Source: an uncultured Clostridia bacterium (GTDB taxonomy: Bacteria; Bacillota; Clostridia; Christensenellales; CAMQZB01). From it: a stretch of 64,000 nt of DNA. The notes beneath the pieces were generated by a model. It was given only the letters and a program-made list of their open reading frames with translations, searched no databases and was not told where the DNA came from. A program made the translations under genes and the position numbers. Position 1 is the stretch's first letter, and each line of letters starts with the position of its first letter. Of this stretch, positions 57,960 through 64,000 are shown one piece after another. The stretch covers positions 1,488-65,487 of the forward strand of contig CAYOSU010000002.1 of assembly GCA_964406735.1 (NCBI GenBank), given 5' to 3'.

Positions 57960-59184
57960 TGCTTTTACCTCCATCTATTCCGTAAAGTTCATATAATGCC
58001 GTAAGATCGCTTAAAAACTTCTCCTCGACCTCTTTGTTTGAAATGCTGAGTTTCGTTATCCTTGAAATGAACGTTCTTATCCACGGAATCATTTCGTTGC
58101 TATCAAAAACGTCAGCGGAAAACTTATAATGCTCGTCGTCAACTCTTTCTATCTTCCCACACCTCTTTTCTCTTTTAAGGCGGTCTACTATATAGTACTC
58201 ATCCTTTGAAACTTCCACCTCAAATTCTACATGTTCGGTCTTTCGGCTTATCTTACAATTCACTCCCCACATATTGCGCTCAAGATCGTTGAATATACAT
58301 CTATACTCTTCAAATCGTTCGCATACATCGCCAATGACGACACCTGAAACGTAATCGAGCCTATAAGAATATATCTTTTTCTTCTCTTCGTCGTAACCGA
58401 GCAAGTTGGCCTTGCCGTTCTGCGCACTTATGAATATCTTCAACGGAACGAGTTCACATTTTTTGATGACCTTTGATCTTTTGCTGAGATTGTTAAACGA
58501 TACGGTGCGCTTTTTGCTTATAGCGTCAAATAGTATTGCTAAAACGTTGCTGTCAAATGCGGTGGTTATATAGTGGTGTTTGAAAGTAAAGACGCTATCG
58601 CTGCACTCAATGTTATCGAGAAGAAACGAGCCTATTACCCCACAAGGAGCTACCTCACTGAAAAACGACAATGCGTCGCAAAGATCATTTAAGTTAAGTT
58701 CTTCAGCCCTTGAATAATATACACTCTTTCCCGATCTCTCTATCTTTATAATACCCTCTTTTTCGTACTCTTTTAGCTTTTTTCTTATCGTAGATTCGTC
58801 AAAAGTAACGGGATATACGATTGCATCTATCTCGCTTATCAGCTCTTTTAGCGACTTTTTGATGCCAGGCTCGCATAAAACGTCGAATATCGCAAAGTGA
58901 AGCACTATATCGCCGTTTGTGAAGCTCTTTGTCTTCCATATTTTATAAAATGGATTATTTGAAACAACTCTACTGTCGACCGACAAAAAGACGTTCTTGC
59001 CGCTTGACGTATGCGAAAAACGCATATAGTCGCTTAACCAGCTCTCTATACGCCTCTTTTCATCGTCGTACGATCTTGCGCTTTTCGCATCGTATTCGCT
59101 TCTGCTCTTGAATCCGTATAGGTAAAATTCACGCACATAATCTCGAACGACTTTAAAATTTTTAATCAACTCGCTATACGCCAT
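57949..59184 (-). CDS. WYL domain-containing transcriptional regulator (first of pair)
   Basis: wHTH-like segment (DESTIRKKLKEYEKEGII), AISKKRTVSF...PLKIF...LLGY...YRLDYV WYL-like core, and MIPWIRTF WCX-like tail. Confidence 0.82.
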   Translation of the reverse strand: MAYSELIKNFKVVRDYVREFYLYGFKSRSEYDAKSARSYDDEKRRIESWLSDYMRFSHTSSGKNVFLSVDSRVVSNNPFYKIWKTKSFTNGDIVLHFAIFDVLCEPGIKKSLKELISEIDAIVYPVTFDESTIRKKLKEYEKEGIIKIERSGKSVYYSRAEELNLNDLCDALSFFSEVAPCGVIGSFLLDNIECSDSVFTFKHHYITTAFDSNVLAILFDAISKKRTVSFNNLSKRSKVIKKCELVPLKIFISAQNGKANLLGYDEEKKKIYSYRLDYVSGVVIGDVCERFEEYRCIFNDLERNMWGVNCKISRKTEHVEFEVEVSKDEYYIVDRLKREKRCGKIERVDDEHYKFSADVFDSNEMIPWIRTFISRITKLSISNKEVEEKFLSDLTALYELYGIDGGKSNVV

Positions 59185-59318
59185 GCAACGATCACTTCCT
59201 TTTTGTATACTTCCTCTTTTGATCTTATTATAGCATGCTATTGCGATTTTTCAAGTCCAAAAAGCGTACTAAAAGGGTCTGTGTCCGTTTTATTGGACAG
59301 TAAAATTAAAGTTATTGT

Positions 59319-59357
59319 AAAAAGACAAGCGGCGGAAGGAATTTCCGCCGCTTTTGT
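59319..59357 (-). terminator. Terminator downstream of the aldo/keto reductase (copy 2 of the 33-bp direct repeat)
   Basis: AAAAAGACAA-GCGGCGGAA-ggaat-TTCCGCCGC. Confidence 0.8.
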
Positions 59358-59452
59358 GTATTGCGATGATATTATTTTTCTTATAACCTCTATATTTAGC
59401 CGTTAACGATCATATTTTCGCTGAAATATTATTGTTTTTACGGGTATTAAAG

Positions 59453-60445
59453 TTATTTGCGCAAGATCTGTTCTACTTCATCTATCTCGTCCTGAGTTAA
59501 AGAGGGATATGAGAATGCCTTTACGTTTTCTTCGACCTGTTCTGGTCTGCTTGCACCGACGAGGGCACTCGTGACTACGTCATTTCTCACTGTCCACTGC
59601 AACACGAGCTGAGCTACCGTCTGACCACGCCTTTTCGCAATATCGGCAAGCTTGCGGACTATCACAATTTTATCTTCCGTAATGTAGCTCGCTTTCAGAT
59701 ATCTCGGGTCGTGCGCCGCACGGGAATCAGCAGGGATGCCGTCTAAATAGCGATCGGTCAAAATTCCGTTTGCCAAAGGGGAAAATGCGATACAGCCAAC
59801 TCCCTCGTCTTCCAACACCTTCGCAAGTCCGCCTTCAAGTGTGCGATCGAGCATCGAATACCTTGGTTGATGTATAAGCATGGGCGTTCCCATTTCACGA
59901 AGGGTCTTTATTGCTACGCTCGCTTGCTCGGCGTTATAATTTGATATTCCTACGTACAACGCTTTGCCGCTTCTCACTATCTGGTCGAGTGCGCCCATAG
60001 TCTCCTCTATCGGCGTATCGGGGTCGGGACGATGATGGTAGAATATATCTACGTAGTCAAGGTGCATACGCTTTAACGACTGATCGAGGCTGGCAATTAG
60101 ATATTTTTTGCTTCCGTGGTCGCCATACGGACCTTGCCACATATCGTAGCCCGCTTTCGTAGATATTATCAGCTCGTCTCTGTGAGTGTGCCAGTCCTTA
60201 TCCATATGGATGCCAAAGTTCTTCTCTGCTTCGCCGTACGGAGGGCCGTAATTATTCGCAAGGTCAAAGTGCGTTATTCCAAGGTCGAAAGCCTTGCGAA
60301 GAATGCTTTGTTGCGTTTCAAACGGTGTTATATTGCCGAAATTATGCCAAAGTCCGAGCGAGACGGTAGGCAGCATTATGCCGCTCTTACCACAACGACG
60401 GTATTGCATTTTTTCATAACGATCCGATGCTGGTTGATAGCTCAT
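59453..60445 (-). CDS. Aldo/keto reductase, YghZ / L-glyceraldehyde-3-phosphate reductase type
   Basis: SLGLWHNFG, FDLANNYGPPYG, STKAGY and GKALYVGISNY motifs. Confidence 0.93.
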   Translation of the reverse strand: MSYQPASDRYEKMQYRRCGKSGIMLPTVSLGLWHNFGNITPFETQQSILRKAFDLGITHFDLANNYGPPYGEAEKNFGIHMDKDWHTHRDELIISTKAGYDMWQGPYGDHGSKKYLIASLDQSLKRMHLDYVDIFYHHRPDPDTPIEETMGALDQIVRSGKALYVGISNYNAEQASVAIKTLREMGTPMLIHQPRYSMLDRTLEGGLAKVLEDEGVGCIAFSPLANGILTDRYLDGIPADSRAAHDPRYLKASYITEDKIVIVRKLADIAKRRGQTVAQLVLQWTVRNDVVTSALVGASRPEQVEENVKAFSYPSLTQDEIDEVEQILRK

Positions 60446-60541
60446 AGTTTTCTCCTTTTTTATTTCAATTATATCACACTTTCGGCAATTTTCAAGTAGG
60501 GACGGAAGATTACTGTCGGTTTTTGCGTAAAAACTTGCAAT

Positions 60542-60570
60542 AAAAAAAGCCCTTTTGAAAAAGGGCTTTG
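60542..60570. terminator. Intrinsic terminator downstream of guaA and the GNAT gene
   Basis: AAAAAAAGCCCTTTT-ga-AAAAGGGCTTT. Confidence 0.75.
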
Positions 60571-60654
60571 TGTTTTGCTTGTAAAATTGCCGTAAAACGG
60601 TTTTTAGGCCGAAATCGGCTTATTTTTGAAGGTTTTAAGCAGTCTTGACTTCTT

Positions 60655-60666
60655 TTATTCCCACTC
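60655..60666 (-). repeat. Displaced copy of a guaA 3' end (att-like scar)
   Basis: Minus strand GAG TGG GAA TAA (E-W-E-stop), versus the current guaA end GAG TTC GAA TAA at 61408-61397. Confidence 0.55.
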
Positions 60667-60902
60667 GCCGGGTAAAATCGGAATCTAAACTTTTTCGTTT
60701 AGATGATGTGGCTCGTGGTGGTTTGAATTATACAGATTATCTTTTATTCTATGGTCTATCCGAGATTTTGCTATCAAAAATCCATCACCACCCGGCTATC
60801 AGCGGTCACGCTTGATGGCATGGTATGGATGGCTTGTATGTATGATAGCATAGAGTATGTAAATAATCCAGAAGGAATCGGTATTGTCGAGAACTTTTTT
60901 GA

Positions 60903-61358
60903 TTACAGATCGATCCAAATTCCTTCGTCTCTGATTTCGGCATTGGGAAGGCTTCGATAAAACCGCTGGGCATCCTCGTTGGAGGCAATCAGACCGATAA
61001 GGGTATCGATACCATGCTCTTTCAATTCTATGCGCAGGGCAGTCATTAGCCCCTGTGCAACACCCTGATGCCGGTAGCTTTTGATGACGCAGATCCAGTC
61101 AAGATACGCCTTTACGCTGCCGTCAAAGTGGCTGTGGATCATGGAGCAGTCGATTCGCCCCACCACCTTGCCATCCATATAGGCAAGCAGCGAAAGGGAG
61201 TTTGCAAAGGCAGGATCTTCAAAGCTCTTTGTCACATCGGCTATGTACTTCTCGTCAATTTTCCAGCCCCAGAAGTCTTCCTCGGAGCGCAAATCATGCT
61301 CGAATTGAAGCACGTCCGGGATGCGCTCTTTGGTATATTGTTTGATCTCCACACTCAA
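60903..61358 (-). CDS. GNAT family acetyltransferase
   Basis: ICVIKSYRHQGVAQ (motif A) and NEDAQRFY; GGAGGT RBS with a TTG start. Confidence 0.88.
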   Translation of the reverse strand: MSVEIKQYTKERIPDVLQFEHDLRSEEDFWGWKIDEKYIADVTKSFEDPAFANSLSLLAYMDGKVVGRIDCSMIHSHFDGSVKAYLDWICVIKSYRHQGVAQGLMTALRIELKEHGIDTLIGLIASNEDAQRFYRSLPNAEIRDEGIWIDL

Positions 61359-61396
61359 ACCTCCACTGTAAAAATCGCCTTGAAAATAATTTTTCC

Positions 61397-62926
61397 TTAT
61401 TCGAACTCTATAGTTGCTGGCGGCTTGGAGGTTACGTCGTACATTACTCTGTTTACCCCCTTGACCTCGTTGACTATTCTGTTCGAGATCTCGTCCATTA
61501 CGTCGTAAGGTATTCTTGCCCAGCCTGCCGTCATACCGTCAACGGACGTTACGGCACGAAGTGCAACGGCGTAATCGTACGTTCTCTCGTCGCCCATAAC
61601 GCCTACGCTACGCATATTCGTCAAAGCGGCAAAGTACTGCCATATCTCGGTATTCAAGCCGTGCTTTGCTATCTCCTCACGGTAGATGTAATCCGCCTCA
61701 CGGAGAATATCGAGCTTCTCTTTGGTGATATCGCCGATAACTCTTATCGCAAGACCGGGGCCCGGGAAGGGCTGTCTCATTACGATGTTTTCGGGAAGTC
61801 CGAGCTCAAAGCCTACACGCCTTACCTCGTCCTTGAAAAGCGACCTTAAAGGCTCTACGAGCTCCTTGAAGTCGATAACGTCGGGAAGTCCGCCTACGTT
61901 GTGGTGGCTCTTTATCGTTGCGGAGGTCTTCGTTCCGCTCTCGACGACGTCGGGGTATATCGTGCCCTGTACGAGGTAATCGACCTTGCCGATCTTCTTT
62001 GCCTCTTCCTCGAACACCTTGATAAACTCTGCGCCGATTATCTTACGCTTTTTCTCAGGCTCTTCTACGCCCTTCAAAAGTCCTAAAAATCTCTCGCTTG
62101 CGTCTACTGCGATAAGGTTCATACCTTGCTCGTCACGGAAGGTCTTTACTACCTCTTCCGCTTCGTTCTTTCTGAGAAGTCCGTGGTCTACGAAAATGCA
62201 AGTAAGGTTATCGCCTGCTACCTTATGGATAAGGGTAGCCGCAACTGCGGAGTCTACACCGCCGGAAAGTGCGCAAAGCACCTTTTTGCCTTTAAGGTAG
62301 GAAAGTCTCTTTACCTCATCCTCGACGAACGAGTTGCTCGTCCAGTCGCCGGTTGCTTTGCATATTTTTTTCAGGAAGTTATCGAGTATCTGCATACCTT
62401 TTTCGGAATGCACTACCTCGGGATGGAACTGAACGCCGTAGATGCGTCTTTCGTCGTCCTCCATTGCCGCACACGGGCAAGTATCAGTCGTAGCCGTTAC
62501 CTTGAAGCCCTTAGGAGGCTCGGAAACGTAGTTGGAATGGCTCATCCAAACGACGGAATCACCCTCTACGCCCTCGAAAAGGGTTGAGTTTGTGAAGTTA
62601 CATACGCTCTTGCCGTACTCGCGAAGGTCGGCTTTTTCGACGTTGCCGCCGAAATCGTGCGCAAGGAGCTGTACGCCGTAGCAGATGCCTAAGATCGGCA
62701 CGCCAAGCGAGTATATCCTCTCGTCTACTCTCGGAGCGTCTTTCGCAAAAACGTCGTTTGGTCCGCCCGTGAAGATTATTCCGATAGGAGAAAGGGCTTT
62801 TATTCTTTCAAAGTCGGCATCGAAAGGCAAAAGCTCGGAATATACCGAGAGCTCTCTTACCCTTCTTGCAATTAATTGGTTGTACTGACCGCCGAAGTCA
62901 AGCACTACTACCTTCTGATGTTCCAT
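61397..62926 (-). CDS. guaA: GMP synthase (glutamine-hydrolysing)
   Basis: [32 protein letters not shown] and KPPATIEFE motifs. Confidence 0.98.
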   Translation of the reverse strand: MEHQKVVVLDFGGQYNQLIARRVRELSVYSELLPFDADFERIKALSPIGIIFTGGPNDVFAKDAPRVDERIYSLGVPILGICYGVQLLAHDFGGNVEKADLREYGKSVCNFTNSTLFEGVEGDSVVWMSHSNYVSEPPKGFKVTATTDTCPCAAMEDDERRIYGVQFHPEVVHSEKGMQILDNFLKKICKATGDWTSNSFVEDEVKRLSYLKGKKVLCALSGGVDSAVAATLIHKVAGDNLTCIFVDHGLLRKNEAEEVVKTFRDEQGMNLIAVDASERFLGLLKGVEEPEKKRKIIGAEFIKVFEEEAKKIGKVDYLVQGTIYPDVVESGTKTSATIKSHHNVGGLPDVIDFKELVEPLRSLFKDEVRRVGFELGLPENIVMRQPFPGPGLAIRVIGDITKEKLDILREADYIYREEIAKHGLNTEIWQYFAALTNMRSVGVMGDERTYDYAVALRAVTSVDGMTAGWARIPYDVMDEISNRIVNEVKGVNRVMYDVTSKPPATIEFE

Positions 62927-62938
62927 AAGTCTTCCTTT

Positions 62939-64000
<1,062 letters not shown>

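Noticed and set aside
60751-60988. Short ORFs (69 aa plus, 60 aa minus) beside the GNAT gene
   Set aside because: They overlap the GNAT gene and lack an RBS or recognisable motifs; at most decayed island sequence.

Overview
Chromosomal window from a spore-forming Clostridia-type (Bacillota) anaerobe, probably gut or rumen; this is inferred from gene content (SpoIIE, HPr kinase, sigma-A promoters, a Re-citrate synthase-like enzyme). Most genes lie on the minus strand and are housekeeping or transport genes: ABC systems, tkt, tdk, spoIIE, tyrS, mntP with a yybP-ykoY riboswitch, the pgk-tpiA-gpmI-secG-rnr-smpB-ssrA block, trmL-dusB-hprK-uvrC, trpS-thrC and guaB-guaA. The most striking item is a roughly 4.2 kb module at 55.1-59.35 kb. 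It has two coupled WYL-domain regulators, then a separately promoted 300-nt non-coding array of three stem-loops that each carry an identically placed CAGCAAU motif, then a DUF2828 (TROVE/Ro60-like plus vWA) protein. A duplicated 33-bp terminator hairpin brackets the module. It is a candidate WYL-controlled Ro60/Y-RNA-like ribonucleoprotein system. Other notable items: an unassigned attenuator-like leader upstream of a CMP-kinase-like/MATE operon, a UvrC-Cof HAD in-frame fusion with an internal RBS, an unlisted 52-aa ORF with a sigma-K-like promoter, an integration scar at the guaA 3' end, and no enolase in the glycolytic block. All family assignments come from motif recognition by eye, not database searches.
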